NCBI RefSeq assembly: GCF_001677475.2
Contig: NZ_CP015229.1
Length of the DNA stretch: 64,000 nucleotides
Direction: 5' to 3' (one strand)
From: Escherichia coli
GTDB lineage: Bacteria; Pseudomonadota; Gammaproteobacteria; Enterobacterales; Enterobacteriaceae
The position numbers were made by a program, and so were the translations under genes. Position 1 is the first letter of the stretch. Every line of letters starts with the position of its first letter. Below, one piece after another: positions 33,992-44,458 of the stretch. The notes beneath the pieces were generated by a model, which did not search any database, had not been told where the DNA came from, and saw nothing but the letters and a program-made list of their open reading frames with translations.

Positions 33992-34711
33992 ATCGCTGCG
34001 ACAGTGGCTAATGCTGTACTCAATAGGCCGTTGCTGTTGGTCAAGCGCCACTTGCTTGATCACCAGCACCGGTATTTTGCTATCTAACTGAATATGTGAC
34101 TGAAACTCGGCATCCGGCATCCGGGCGCTAACGCGGGAACGCGTACGTTGTGGGTAAATGTGCTGGCTGCGGAAATAGTCATAAAGAGAAATTCCGATGG
34201 CATCAACATCATGAATTAAATGCGCCGGAACCCACGATTCCTCAATCGATACCGCTTCTTCATCGACATAGCGAATACGCTTAAGCAAAAAGACATCACT
34301 TCCCGCTTCGACCGCCAGCTGCTGCGCGACTTCTTCGGGACATTTCACGACACGCTTGTTAACCCATAACGTATCGGGCTTTTTCCCGCGCAATACCACC
34401 TGCTGAGAAAAACCTCGCGCTTCTTTCAACGAGTATTCGAAGATGTTGTTGATCTGCGTGCCGTAACCACGCGAACGCGTCACCACACCCTCTTCTTCCA
34501 GCACCTGCATCGCCTTGCGCACCGTAATGCGCGAAACGCCGGTTAACTGACTTAAATCACGCTCACCGGGCAAAATATTGCCATGCTCCAGCACCCCGCT
34601 GCGCACGGCATTTTTTACCGTTTCGGCAAACTTGATATAAAGCGGCGTGTTATCCGTCGCTAAAATACGCTCGTTCAGTTGGGCAATCAGCTGGGTATGC
34701 GCTTGTTCCAT
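33965..34711 (-). CDS. yegW: GntR-family transcriptional regulator (UTRA effector domain)
   Basis: 248-aa ORF with N-terminal winged HTH (LPGERDLSQLTGVSRITVRKA); 3' end overlaps convergent yegV by 27 nt. Confidence 0.8.
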   Translation of the reverse strand: MEQAHTQLIAQLNERILATDNTPLYIKFAETVKNAVRSGVLEHGNILPGERDLSQLTGVSRITVRKAMQVLEEEGVVTRSRGYGTQINNIFEYSLKEARGFSQQVVLRGKKPDTLWVNKRVVKCPEEVAQQLAVEAGSDVFLLKRIRYVDEEAVSIEESWVPAHLIHDVDAIGISLYDYFRSQHIYPQRTRSRVSARMPDAEFQSHIQLDSKIPVLVIKQVALDQQQRPIEYSISHCRSDLYVFVCEE

Positions 34712-34762
34712 TTGTCTTTTTCCTGCCGGGGAGTCTGGTGGGAGTATATCACTGCTTCTTAT

Positions 34763-35581
34763 TTAAGGCGTTTCTTTAATCCCATCAACGAATGCCTGCA
34801 ACTCCTCCGCCGTGCCATTAAACACATTAAAATCCACCGGACCATTGATGCCATCTACCTGTCCACGGTCGGAATGCTGCCAGAAGCGCCAGGCCATTCC
34901 GTCATTGTCCGGACGACGTTGATAATAGTGAGCCACCCACCACGGATATTCATTGAAATAGCCCGCCAGATTCGAGTGATAAAAAACGGCTCCTGAGTAA
35001 ATAATCGGCTTTTTTCCCGTGCGTTTTTCGACCATTTTTAGCCACTGACTTACCCGCTTGCGTAATTCTTTTGCCGATAATTTTCCCCGTTCTTCTACGT
35101 CCAGCACGGCAGGGAGATCGCCGTGGGCAAAATCCACCGTTTGCAGAAATAATCGCGCCTGAACTGAAGCGGATACCGACGGGGACAAATAATGATACGC
35201 CCCGCGCAGCAGGCCATTTTCGCGGCTTAGTTGCCAGTTACGCGAAAAATAGGGGTCCACCAGCTTTTCGCCTTCCGTCGCCTTGATAAAGGCAAACTGC
35301 AAGCGAATACCGTTATCGCGCATTTTTGCCACCCGCTGCCAGTCGATTCGCTCCTGCCAGCGTGAAACATCAATACCATGAATGGTGTAACTGGCAGGAA
35401 TGCGAATAGCAAAAGATTTGACCGGACGATAACCGTAGAAGTGGATGTAGTCTTTAATCTGAATTGCTGTCGAGTAGAAAAAATTCACCGTCTGACGCGG
35501 ATAAATTGCAACGATGGAAATTAGCCCAAGAGCGCATAATAAAGCGGTGAATTTTTTTCGACTGGTGATTCTTAGCTGCAT
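34763..35581 (-). CDS. yegX: Glycoside hydrolase family 25 (lysozyme-like) protein
   Basis: Track ORF 34763..35590; GH25-like sequence with N-terminal signal/anchor. Start codon uncertain (35581 or 35590). Confidence 0.7.
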   Translation of the reverse strand: MQLRITSRKKFTALLCALGLISIVAIYPRQTVNFFYSTAIQIKDYIHFYGYRPVKSFAIRIPASYTIHGIDVSRWQERIDWQRVAKMRDNGIRLQFAFIKATEGEKLVDPYFSRNWQLSRENGLLRGAYHYLSPSVSASVQARLFLQTVDFAHGDLPAVLDVEERGKLSAKELRKRVSQWLKMVEKRTGKKPIIYSGAVFYHSNLAGYFNEYPWWVAHYYQRRPDNDGMAWRFWQHSDRGQVDGINGPVDFNVFNGTAEELQAFVDGIKETP

Positions 35582-35645
35582 TGGTTTCATCCCTGAATGT
35601 CAGCGCCAAAGACTGACAATAACCAAAGCAGCTATAGTAAGGTGC

Positions 35646-36446
35646 TCACCACCACGCGTGGAAGTGGTGAACCGGACCAATACCGTGACCAACTTCCAGC
35701 GTGTCGGCCTGGGCTAACGCCGATGAAAGCCAGCTTTTTGCCTCCTGTACGGTGTCAGCCCAGTTTGTATGGCGCGGGCGTAGTGCAGCCAACGCCGCAG
35801 AGAGCGTACAACCAGTGCCGTGGGTGTTTTTGGTCATAATGCGCGGTGCAGTAAATCGTTGTTCCCCCTCACGAGTAAACAGCCAGTCCGGGCTTTGCTC
35901 ATCATCCAGATGACCACCTTTCATTAGCACTGCGCCACAGCCCATCGCCAACAGCGATCGCCCTTGTTCCAGCATTTCCTGTTCGGTGCGCGCGTGTGGC
36001 GCGTCGAGCAAGGCGGCAGCTTCGGGCAAGTTTGGCGTTATTAATGAAACCTGTGGCAATAATCGACTGCGCAGCGTAGCAACCGCCGAAGGTGAAAGCA
36101 GCGGGTCGCCGCTTTTTGCCAGCATAACGGTATCAAGTACCACGTTTTTGATCTGATAACGTTGCAACCTTTCTGCCACCGCTTCAACAATATCGGTTTC
36201 CGCCAACATACCGATTTTAGTGGTGTCGATTCGCACATCGCTGAACACCGAATCGAGCTGGGCGGCGACAAAATCAGGCTCAATGCGATACACCGACTGT
36301 ACGCCACGGGTATTTTGCGCCACTAGTGCAGTAATAACTGAGCAACCATAAGCGCCAAGTGCCGAGAAGGTTTTAAGATCGGCCTGAATCCCCGCACCAC
36401 CACTCGGATCAGTACCGGCAATCGTCAGAGCGTTAATTCGTTTCAT
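35646..36446 (-). CDS. thiD: Hydroxymethylpyrimidine/phosphomethylpyrimidine kinase
   Basis: 266-aa ORF, ribokinase-like fold motifs ([12 protein letters not shown]); overlaps thiM stop. Confidence 0.9.
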   Translation of the reverse strand: MKRINALTIAGTDPSGGAGIQADLKTFSALGAYGCSVITALVAQNTRGVQSVYRIEPDFVAAQLDSVFSDVRIDTTKIGMLAETDIVEAVAERLQRYQIKNVVLDTVMLAKSGDPLLSPSAVATLRSRLLPQVSLITPNLPEAAALLDAPHARTEQEMLEQGRSLLAMGCGAVLMKGGHLDDEQSPDWLFTREGEQRFTAPRIMTKNTHGTGCTLSAALAALRPRHTNWADTVQEAKSWLSSALAQADTLEVGHGIGPVHHFHAWW

Positions 36447-37231
36447 GCCTGCACCTCCGGCGTCAATTGCCAGAGCGCATCAAGGAAATGTGGAACAAAA
36501 CTGCCTGGCCCCTCGCTTCTGGCGACTGCGCGTTCTCCGGCTTGTTTCATCCAGTGACAGGCAGATGCGGCATTTCCCAGCGTATCGCCTGGTAACGCAC
36601 TACAGGCAGCGACAACCGCCGATAATGCACAGCCAGTTCCCACCACTTTGGTCATTAACGGATCGCCGCCGTGAATGCCAACGGTGCGACGACCATCGGT
36701 AACATAATCCACCTCGCCAGTGACCACGACGATTGCGCCAGTTTCCCGTGCCAGTGTTTGTGCAGCGGGTATCGCATTAGCTACGGCGTCAGTGGTATCC
36801 ACTCCCCGTCCACCATTAGCAACGCCAGCTAATGCCATGATTTCCGAAGCATTACCACGTATGGCGGTTGGCTTATGAGACAGAAGTTCCAGACAAAAAC
36901 GGCGGCGATAGTCGAGTGCACCAACCGCAACCGGATCAAGCGTCCAGGGTGTTTGAGAGCTTTTTGCTTGCTCAACGGCGGCACGCATCGCCTGTGCGCG
37001 TGGCTGCGTCAGTGTGCCAACGTTAATCAGCAACGCACTGGCGATGGCCGCAAACTGACTGGCCTCTTCGGTTTCGATAACCATCGCTGGCGATGCACCA
37101 AGCGCCAGCAAGGTATTAGCAGTAAAGGTTTGCACCACATCGTTGGTCATGCAGTGCACAAGAGGGGAATGTTGGTGAAAAAGGTGTAACGTGTGCGCAG
37201 ATTGCGCGGAACTCAGCAGGTCGACTTGCAT
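36443..37231 (-). CDS. thiM: Hydroxyethylthiazole kinase
   Basis: 262-aa ORF immediately downstream of a TPP riboswitch. Confidence 0.9.
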   Translation of the reverse strand: MQVDLLSSAQSAHTLHLFHQHSPLVHCMTNDVVQTFTANTLLALGASPAMVIETEEASQFAAIASALLINVGTLTQPRAQAMRAAVEQAKSSQTPWTLDPVAVGALDYRRRFCLELLSHKPTAIRGNASEIMALAGVANGGRGVDTTDAVANAIPAAQTLARETGAIVVVTGEVDYVTDGRRTVGIHGGDPLMTKVVGTGCALSAVVAACSALPGDTLGNAASACHWMKQAGERAVARSEGPGSFVPHFLDALWQLTPEVQA

Positions 37232-37239
37232 AGTTTGCT

Positions 37240-37400
37240 CCTGCCATAACGTGAAGAAGCAATGACCTGGTGGTCCGTGACTTCCCTACGCTGGCATTAT
37301 CCAGATCAGGTGATACGGGTATTTCTCAGCCTTCACGCAGAAGGGCACCCCGAGTCGTTTGGTTGCGATGATAAATCGCAGAGGAGGATGGTAATGTCCA
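37240..37400 (-). promoter_or_regulatory. TPP (THI-box) riboswitch in the thiM leader
   Basis: Minus-strand sequence ...ggggtgcccttctgcgtgaaggctgagaaatacccgtatcacctgatctggataatgccagcgtagggaag... matches the thiM TPP aptamer (CUGAGA and conserved helices), at ~37281-37357. Confidence 0.85.
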
Positions 37401-37453
37401 GCGCACGCGTTGTAAACGAGGAAAAACCGCAGTTTTACAATCGCGTTAATAAA

Positions 37454-37726
37454 TTATTTGATATATGAATCCAGCACCTTCAGAACGACATCCAGATCTT
37501 CTTCACGTTTTAGCTCATCCCCCTGGTGAACGATGTGTTCCGTCAGATGACCTTTAATCACTTCCCGCATCAGACCGTTTACCGCGCCACGGATAGCTGC
37601 AATCTGTTGTAAAACTGCAGCGCATTCGTGCGGCTCGTCGAGCATTTTCTTGAGCGCCACGACCTGGCCCTGAATCTTACTGGCACGCGCTTTCAGTTTC
37701 TGTTTATCACGGATTGTATGAGACAT
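37454..37726 (-). CDS. rcnR: Ni/Co-responsive transcriptional repressor (CsoR/RcnR family)
   Basis: 90-aa ORF, divergent from rcnA. Confidence 0.85.
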
Positions 37727-37774
37727 GGCAACACCTGGTTAACAAGAACATGAAAAATCATAGCACTATTAATC

Positions 37775-37809
37775 TACTGGGGGGTAGTATCAGGTACTGG
37801 GGGGGAGTA
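37775..37809. promoter_or_regulatory. Tandem RcnR operator sites (TACT-G6/7-N-AGTA)
   Basis: tactggggggtagta (37775-37789) and tactgggggggagta (37795-37809) in the rcnR-rcnA intergenic region match the G-tract RcnR site pattern. Confidence 0.7.
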
Positions 37810-37846
37810 GAATCAGATTGCCGAATTAATACTAAGAATTATTATC

Positions 37847-38683
37847 ATGACCGAATTTACAACTCTTCTTCAGCAAGGAAACGCCTGGTTCTTCATCCCC
37901 AGCGCCATCTTACTTGGTGCGCTTCATGGCCTGGAACCAGGGCACTCAAAAACGATGATGGCGGCGTTTATCATCGCCATCAAAGGCACCATTAAACAGG
38001 CGGTGATGCTCGGACTGGCAGCAACTATTTCGCATACCGCAGTGGTCTGGTTGATTGCCTTTGGCGGGATGGTGATCAGCAAGCGTTTTACTGCTCAATC
38101 AGCAGAACCGTGGCTTCAGTTGATTTCCGCGGTGATCATTATTAGCACCGCGTTCTGGATGTTCTGGCGTACCTGGCGCGGCGAACGCAACTGGCTGGAG
38201 AATATGCACGGGCATGATCATGAGCATCATCACCATCATCACGAACATCATCAAGACCACGAACATCACCACGACCATGGACACCATCACGAACATGGCG
38301 AGTATCAGGATGCCCATGCACGAGCCCATGCCAATGACATTAAACGACGCTTTGATGGTAGAGAGGTCACCAACTGGCAAATTTTGTTATTTGGCTTAAC
38401 CGGTGGCCTTATCCCCTGCCCGGCAGCAATTACCGTGCTGTTGATTTGCATTCAGTTGAAAGCCCTGACACTGGGCGCAACACTGGTCGTCAGTTTCAGC
38501 ATTGGCCTGGCGTTAACGCTGGTCACCGTAGGCGTTGGCGCAGCAATCAGCGTTCAGCAGGTCGCAAAACGCTGGAGCGGATTTAACACTCTCGCTAAAC
38601 GCGCCCCCTATTTTTCCAGTCTGTTGATTGGCTTAGTTGGTGTGTATATGGGCGTACATGGCTTCATGGGCATAATGCGATAA
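37847..38683 (+). CDS. rcnA: Ni/Co efflux permease with His-rich loop
   Basis: 278-aa membrane ORF with extended His-rich loop HGHDHEHHHHHHEHHQDHEHHHDHGHHHEHGEYQDAH. Confidence 0.85.
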   Translation: MTEFTTLLQQGNAWFFIPSAILLGALHGLEPGHSKTMMAAFIIAIKGTIKQAVMLGLAATISHTAVVWLIAFGGMVISKRFTAQSAEPWLQLISAVIIISTAFWMFWRTWRGERNWLENMHGHDHEHHHHHHEHHQDHEHHHDHGHHHEHGEYQDAHARAHANDIKRRFDGREVTNWQILLFGLTGGLIPCPAAITVLLICIQLKALTLGATLVVSFSIGLALTLVTVGVGAAISVQQVAKRWSGFNTLAKRAPYFSSLLIGLVGVYMGVHGFMGIMR

Positions 38684-38901
38684 CTCAATCCTTTAGGCTT
38701 GCATGTTATCTTCAGCCCAGGATGATTCTTAAATCAGCTATTTCCGCTGACTCTCTGCTCGCTAAGGATGCTTTTAGGGCATCCTTTCATTTACACTTTT
38801 TACGAAATCATGGGATCACTAACAAAATATCGCTTGTCAGTTATATTGTATGGCAGGAAAGATATGCGACTGATATTACAGATCCCCAAAGTGGAGAGTT
38901 T

Positions 38902-39240
38902 ATGACCATTAAAAATAAGATGTTGCTGGGTGCGCTTTTGCTGGTTACCAGTGCCGCCTGGGCCGCACCAGCCACCGCGGGTTCGACCAATACCTCGGGA
39001 ATTTCTAAGTATGAGTTAAGCAGTTTCATTGCTGACTTTAAGCATTTCAAACCAGGCGATACCGTCCCAGAGATGTACCGCACCGATGAGTACAACATTA
39101 AGCAGTGGCAGTTACGTAACCTGCCCGCGCCTGATGCCGGGACGCACTGGACCTATATGGGTGGCGCGTACGTGTTGATCAGCGACACCGACGGTAAAAT
39201 CATTAAAGCCTACGACGGTGAGATTTTTTATCATCGCTAA
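38902..39240 (+). CDS. rcnB: Periplasmic Ni/Co homeostasis protein
   Basis: Track ORF 38722..39240; ATG at 38902 gives 112 aa starting MTIKNKMLLGALLLVTSAAWA (signal peptide). Confidence 0.8.
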   Translation: MTIKNKMLLGALLLVTSAAWAAPATAGSTNTSGISKYELSSFIADFKHFKPGDTVPEMYRTDEYNIKQWQLRNLPAPDAGTHWTYMGGAYVLISDTDGKIIKAYDGEIFYHR

Positions 39241-39246
39241 AAAAAG

Positions 39247-39265
39247 CCCCCTCATCATGAGGGGG
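39247..39265. terminator. Palindromic hairpin between convergent rcnB and yehA
   Basis: ccccctcatcatgaggggg palindrome flanked by aaaaa upstream (T-run on the minus strand) and a T-rich stretch downstream. Confidence 0.5.
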
Positions 39266-39321
39266 AAATGCAGACACCTTGTTATTTTTTATTATTAGCC
39301 ACTTGCTCGTCTTGCTTGTTA

Positions 39322-40356
39322 TTAGTCGTATTTCACGTTGATTAATGCGGTTGCCTCCAGTGCGCCAGATTTAACTTTGTTTGTATCGTAGACGTAGTAA
39401 CTGGCTGTTATCGGAATTGAAACCGTTGTATCTGTAAGTTTTGACTTTGCCGCAATTTCTTTTAAATTTGTGTATCCTTTACTGCTGTTAGTGATATTTA
39501 AAAGTGTGACTGGCGAACCATTACTTTCAAGAATAAATCCTACGCCATTATCTTCCGCACCTTTCAGTATTGTGTTGCTGTTGGTTAACAAGTCAGAACT
39601 TGATAAATACACCTGCATTTTCCGTGATGTTTGATTTTGTTGACCTAATAAATTTTTACAACGCAGAATAATATCCCCTTTTTTACTATTTATTGTTGCT
39701 TTGTTACCTGTGGCTGGTAATTGTGAAACGGGAATACTGTCTAAAGTAATTAATAAATCGTCCGGTTTGCAGGTTGTGGTTATCGGGTTGTATGACAATG
39801 TCAGATTAAAGGAATAGACACCTGCATTTTGTGCCAATGCATTTCTGTAGCTATTTACACATGCATCCCATGACTTGCCACCTAATAAACACAGTAGAAA
39901 TTGTACTGCGGCACTCCCGCGTGTCGATGATGAAGCACTGGATAATGTCGCAACTCCATTAATCATCACTGAACCGCCGCCTCCCGCAGAAACATTTACT
40001 TTTGCATTACTGGACGCAGGTGTCACCGTTACCGAATAACCACTGGTGAAACTGGTCTGATTATTTGACAACGTGATGTTGTTTTTATTGGTCCATTCAA
40101 AATGTAAATTTAATTTAATGGTATCGTTATAAAGTCCAACAATAATATCCGACGGGCTCATAGGGGTGATAGTATTTGTACTCACGCATGACGAATCATT
40201 AAAATTATGCTCATAGGTCGCCATTTGTGTTTGAGTAAGTGCAAAATCCCCCTGAACAACCAAATTGTGCTGAACAGATAACTCACTATAACATGCCGCA
40301 TAGCTCACAGGCATAACCATCATCATTAATATAAATAGCATTATGCGAATTTCCAT
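39322..40356 (-). CDS. yehA: Fimbrial adhesin-like subunit
   Basis: 344-aa ORF with N-terminal signal peptide; last gene of a chaperone-usher cluster. Confidence 0.7.
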   Translation of the reverse strand: MEIRIMLFILMMMVMPVSYAACYSELSVQHNLVVQGDFALTQTQMATYEHNFNDSSCVSTNTITPMSPSDIIVGLYNDTIKLNLHFEWTNKNNITLSNNQTSFTSGYSVTVTPASSNAKVNVSAGGGGSVMINGVATLSSASSSTRGSAAVQFLLCLLGGKSWDACVNSYRNALAQNAGVYSFNLTLSYNPITTTCKPDDLLITLDSIPVSQLPATGNKATINSKKGDIILRCKNLLGQQNQTSRKMQVYLSSSDLLTNSNTILKGAEDNGVGFILESNGSPVTLLNITNSSKGYTNLKEIAAKSKLTDTTVSIPITASYYVYDTNKVKSGALEATALINVKYD

Positions 40357-40371
40357 AGAACCACCTGACTA

Positions 40372-42852
40372 TTACTGGCAAATATAATTTCTACTTTCAT
40401 CAATCTCTTTACCGAAGGTGATTGTGCATGAAAGTCCTTGTTGCTTATCAATTGCTACATTAACCGATGGCGGTACTTCATTGGTGCGAATAAATAACTG
40501 GCTTCCCTGGCCGACAACGCCAATATTATGACCATGGATATCATTGACTTCATAACCAAACGTTAATGGTTGACCATCCGCTCTTAACGCTTTTATAAAC
40601 CAGGGCTTGCGCTGATCGGTATCAAAATTAACCAGTACAACCGCGCCGCGAAAAGGGGCGGCAATTTTCCGGTTGCCACGTAATTCTGCTTCGCTATCGC
40701 TTTGCGACACATCCAGCATCAGGTGATTTTCCCGATAAGGTGTCATTCCGTCGTATACCACCACTCCATTATGGTTTGTTGTGCGATATTTTTGCCCATT
40801 GACATAAGCATCTTTAATTCCTGGCGCATTCATCACAGCAAACGTTTCGGAAAGACGGTTCGCCAGATTAACGCCACCCGACCAGGCGACAATGCCCCCT
40901 GAAACACTGGCTCCAGCCTGTCGATAAGTACTCGACTGACTATAACTGCCATTCACCGTTGCCACCGGCGCGTTCCAGGTTAAATTCGCTCCAGCTGTCG
41001 TTTCATTTCCCTGATGCTGATGACTCAGGTTGACCCCATAGTTAAATTGATCCCGGCTTCCAACGGTTCCCGATAATCCCGTATTATTTGAGGCAAAACC
41101 CTGATCATCAAACGTCGTTGAGTTAGACATATATATTTGCCGACGAGGCGTCGTAACGTCATCACCCCAATCAAAGGGAATCGATATAAAAATATTAAAA
41201 CGTTTCTCTTCATGATGATTCTCGTCATAAGCCTGGCTTGCCGCGAGGGTATAGCTTATCCGTCGCAGGTTGTTGGAATAACTCAACTGATAATCCTTAC
41301 TGCTGCCGCTACGCCCCCAGTAATCTCGCCATAACGTACTTAAGGACACAGAACCCCAGCCTTCTGGCAATGACTGGCTCATATTGGCAGAAAAGCTATT
41401 TTTACGGCCAAAATCGTTCTGGTAATAATCGGCAATGTCATAGATATCGTTTTCATCACGGCGATAATTATCTTTATTGTTTGCCCAAACGTGATCGTTA
41501 AATGTCCGGTAATCACGCGACGAATAACGCCAGGCCGCCAGACCAAAACGCGTCGACGTTTGGCTCACAAATTTGTTGTAGGCAATTTGATAACTTTGCC
41601 CGTCAAACACATCGCCGTTGTCTTGTTTACTATGCGACTTCGTGGCATCGACGGAAATGGCACCAATGCGTGTATTCCAGCCAGTCCCCAAAGTGAACGC
41701 GTAATAATTATTCGCGACCATCGATCCGCCATACAGCGTCAATAAGTTATTAAAACCATACTGATAACCCGCCTGGACAAAATCACTTTGTTTGCTCGCC
41801 CCTTCAATATGGCTACGACCCGCCGCAAAATCATATTTCGACACGCCAGGTTGCAGCATATTCGGCACCGCTGAATAAGGCACCAGATAGGTGGTTACCG
41901 AACCGTCCGCCTCTTTCACGCTGACATCAAGATCTGCTCCACCACCGGCCAACTGCAAATCTGTAATCGCAAACGGGCCAGGAGGAACCTCTTTCTGATA
42001 AACGACAAAACCATTCTGTTCAATAGTTACCAACGCGTTACTCTGAGCAATCCCCTGCACCCGTGGCGTAAAATTTTGTTTCGAGTTAGGCAACATCTGC
42101 ATATCACGAAACAACCGCACACCTCTGAAGCGAACAGAATCAAAAATATCGCTTGATGTATACATATCACCCACGCGAAGCGTGCCGAGAAGTTGGACAA
42201 ATCCACGTTCCAGATACAGGGTATTGCTTTTCCACACCCCTGGATTGTTATTTGTTTTACTGAAACTTGCATCAGAATGCAGTTGCCACCCCAGTAAATT
42301 TAACCCGCTGTTAAAACGTACATATGTACTCTTACTGTTACCCGACGCTTTATAGTCACTGTAATACTGACTCACATAATAAGAGGTATAAACCGCATTA
42401 ATACCCCGCTCCCAGTTTTCCGGTGGAACATAGCCACTTTCCAGTTCTTCCACCCAGGCCTGCGGGACACTGAAATCGAGACGAAAAACCCCGATATCCC
42501 AGGTATAGCTCCCACCCTGAACAAGTTGCTCAAATGTTAAACATTGCTTACCGCTGGCGAAGTTATCGCTATTAATGCCTAACCGCTTGATAACTTCTCT
42601 TGATAAACATGTTTCTTGCGGGTTGTCTTTAACAATAATCTCATATTTCCCGCGCCATTGCTTATTGACATAAATATCGATGTCATACTGCCCCGGCAAG
42701 GGTTGATTATCATCAAGACGAATATTTGCAACCTGCTGGTCTTTCATTCCACCTATCATAAAATGGGTATCAAAGGTTTCTTCAGCTGCATAAGCTTCAA
42801 TGCCGAGCAATAACGCTACGATTGCTGATGCAAGTGGGGTCATTCTCAACAT
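40372..42852 (-). CDS. yehB: Fimbrial outer-membrane usher
   Basis: Track ORF 40372..42867; ~826-831 aa, usher-sized with signal peptide. Start codon uncertain. Confidence 0.8.
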   Translation of the reverse strand: MLRMTPLASAIVALLLGIEAYAAEETFDTHFMIGGMKDQQVANIRLDDNQPLPGQYDIDIYVNKQWRGKYEIIVKDNPQETCLSREVIKRLGINSDNFASGKQCLTFEQLVQGGSYTWDIGVFRLDFSVPQAWVEELESGYVPPENWERGINAVYTSYYVSQYYSDYKASGNSKSTYVRFNSGLNLLGWQLHSDASFSKTNNNPGVWKSNTLYLERGFVQLLGTLRVGDMYTSSDIFDSVRFRGVRLFRDMQMLPNSKQNFTPRVQGIAQSNALVTIEQNGFVVYQKEVPPGPFAITDLQLAGGGADLDVSVKEADGSVTTYLVPYSAVPNMLQPGVSKYDFAAGRSHIEGASKQSDFVQAGYQYGFNNLLTLYGGSMVANNYYAFTLGTGWNTRIGAISVDATKSHSKQDNGDVFDGQSYQIAYNKFVSQTSTRFGLAAWRYSSRDYRTFNDHVWANNKDNYRRDENDIYDIADYYQNDFGRKNSFSANMSQSLPEGWGSVSLSTLWRDYWGRSGSSKDYQLSYSNNLRRISYTLAASQAYDENHHEEKRFNIFISIPFDWGDDVTTPRRQIYMSNSTTFDDQGFASNNTGLSGTVGSRDQFNYGVNLSHQHQGNETTAGANLTWNAPVATVNGSYSQSSTYRQAGASVSGGIVAWSGGVNLANRLSETFAVMNAPGIKDAYVNGQKYRTTNHNGVVVYDGMTPYRENHLMLDVSQSDSEAELRGNRKIAAPFRGAVVLVNFDTDQRKPWFIKALRADGQPLTFGYEVNDIHGHNIGVVGQGSQLFIRTNEVPPSVNVAIDKQQGLSCTITFGKEIDESRNYICQ

Positions 42853-42867
42853 AGGCAGCTCCTGCAA

Positions 42868-43542
42868 TTAAATTTTGTCACTAATATAGTTGCCGTGGTC
42901 ATCGATAATGGTCAGATACCAGTTATTTGCATTATTACTTTTGACATTAACACTCTGACTTTCTAAGGGGGCAATCATAATAGTTTCATAATTGACTTTG
43001 ATATTATTCGCTTTTACATCGGAAATCGTCACCCAGTTCGGCGAATCATTTTTTATCACCAGCCCATTGCCGCTACGATTTACCAGCAATTTCTTAAACG
43101 TTGCTTTATTAACCGGAGCAATACCCGCCGGTCGGTAAAACAATTTGATTCTGTTTTGCATCGCAAACTTCAGTGCATTCTTGCCTTCTTGTTCTGGACT
43201 ATTTGGTGGAATATCCAGAACATTAAGATAAAAAATGCTCTCTTTATTACTGGGCAACTTATTCGGCATGATTTTAATTTTTACTTGCTGTCCGGAGTTA
43301 GCCCCTATTTTTGCCACTGGTGGCGTTAGCATGAAAGGAACCTGAATCTTTTCCGGCGGCAGTGATGTGTCGCCATCATCAATCCACGCCTGAAGTAATG
43401 AAGATCGGTTTCCCTGATTCATCAACTGCACCATAACTTCTTTATTTTCTGCCGGGTAAATAATGCGCGTCCCGTAGATAACAATTCCGGCATGTGCAGG
43501 AAGGACTATAGAAAAAATGAGTAAAGATAATAATCCTTTCAT
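42868..43542 (-). CDS. yehC: Periplasmic fimbrial chaperone (PapD-like)
   Basis: 224-aa ORF with signal peptide, between usher and major subunit. Confidence 0.8.
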   Translation of the reverse strand: MKGLLSLLIFSIVLPAHAGIVIYGTRIIYPAENKEVMVQLMNQGNRSSLLQAWIDDGDTSLPPEKIQVPFMLTPPVAKIGANSGQQVKIKIMPNKLPSNKESIFYLNVLDIPPNSPEQEGKNALKFAMQNRIKLFYRPAGIAPVNKATFKKLLVNRSGNGLVIKNDSPNWVTISDVKANNIKVNYETIMIAPLESQSVNVKSNNANNWYLTIIDDHGNYISDKI

Positions 43543-43622
43543 CTTAATGCCTCTTAAATTAAAAAGCCGCCATGGGGATAGCGGCCATGTTTATTACCTG
43601 GAGAAACTTGCAATTTTATTTA

Positions 43623-44165
43623 TTAATCCTGCGCCACACGCATAACCAGAGAAGATAACACATCACCTGATTGCACTGAGTTATCTGTCAGTTTCAGGTA
43701 TTTTGCTTTAAACGGAATAGCATATTGACCTTCCGCTGTTTTATAACTCTCAATGTTAAAAGGTGCAGAAACATCCAGGACATCGCTGTTATCACCTAAA
43801 TAGAGATAGTACCCCACGGTATCGTTGCTACTGGCTATCGCCTTATCGTTTCCGGTTATTTTATCGTTGGTAATCAACGAGAGTTTCACACCAGCAACTT
43901 CTTTCGGACAGCTAATTTTTAACATGCTGCTGGTTACACCGACTGCATCATCATAGGTCGAGTATTTAGCTTTACCTTCAAAGACAGTGGTTGGTACAGT
44001 TGGCATATTAATACTTACTGAATCACCACCCGCTTCGAATTTACACGGAGATTCTGCAATATTCCCTTTAATAGTTAATGTTCCGGTATCAACGTCTGCA
44101 GCAAATACTCCAGCGCTCATAAAAAAAGAAGAAAAGACAGCGGCAGCAATAATTGAACGTTTCAT
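43623..44165 (-). CDS. yehD: Fimbrial major subunit-like protein
   Basis: 180-aa ORF with signal peptide MKRSIIAAAVFSSFFMSAGVFA and fimbrin-like C-terminus. Confidence 0.75.
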   Translation of the reverse strand: MKRSIIAAAVFSSFFMSAGVFAADVDTGTLTIKGNIAESPCKFEAGGDSVSINMPTVPTTVFEGKAKYSTYDDAVGVTSSMLKISCPKEVAGVKLSLITNDKITGNDKAIASSNDTVGYYLYLGDNSDVLDVSAPFNIESYKTAEGQYAIPFKAKYLKLTDNSVQSGDVLSSLVMRVAQD

Positions 44166-44458
44166 AATATGTTCCTTAATAAAATTTATTTTTGGTTGTT
44201 AAGAGTCTGTATCTCTTGGAAACAAATTTCTCACATCAAAAAAGTTGCCGCAATGTAAACATATTGTTTTATTGATTTAAAACAAATTAACCATTGCAAT
44301 ATAAATACAACAAATACTTAAGAGTATTAAATATTTATCGCATCTATTAATTAATGTAGATTTATGTAAATGGTATTGTTGATATCAATAAAAAAAGCCG
44401 AAATCATTTATATAAATGATTTCGGCTTTCTAAATGCAATTAAAACCAGGGTGGCAAA

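Noticed and set aside
38722-38901. N-terminal extension of rcnB (track ORF 38722..39240, 172 aa)
   Set aside because: The signal peptide begins at the internal ATG at 38902; the upstream 60 codons are intergenic read-through.
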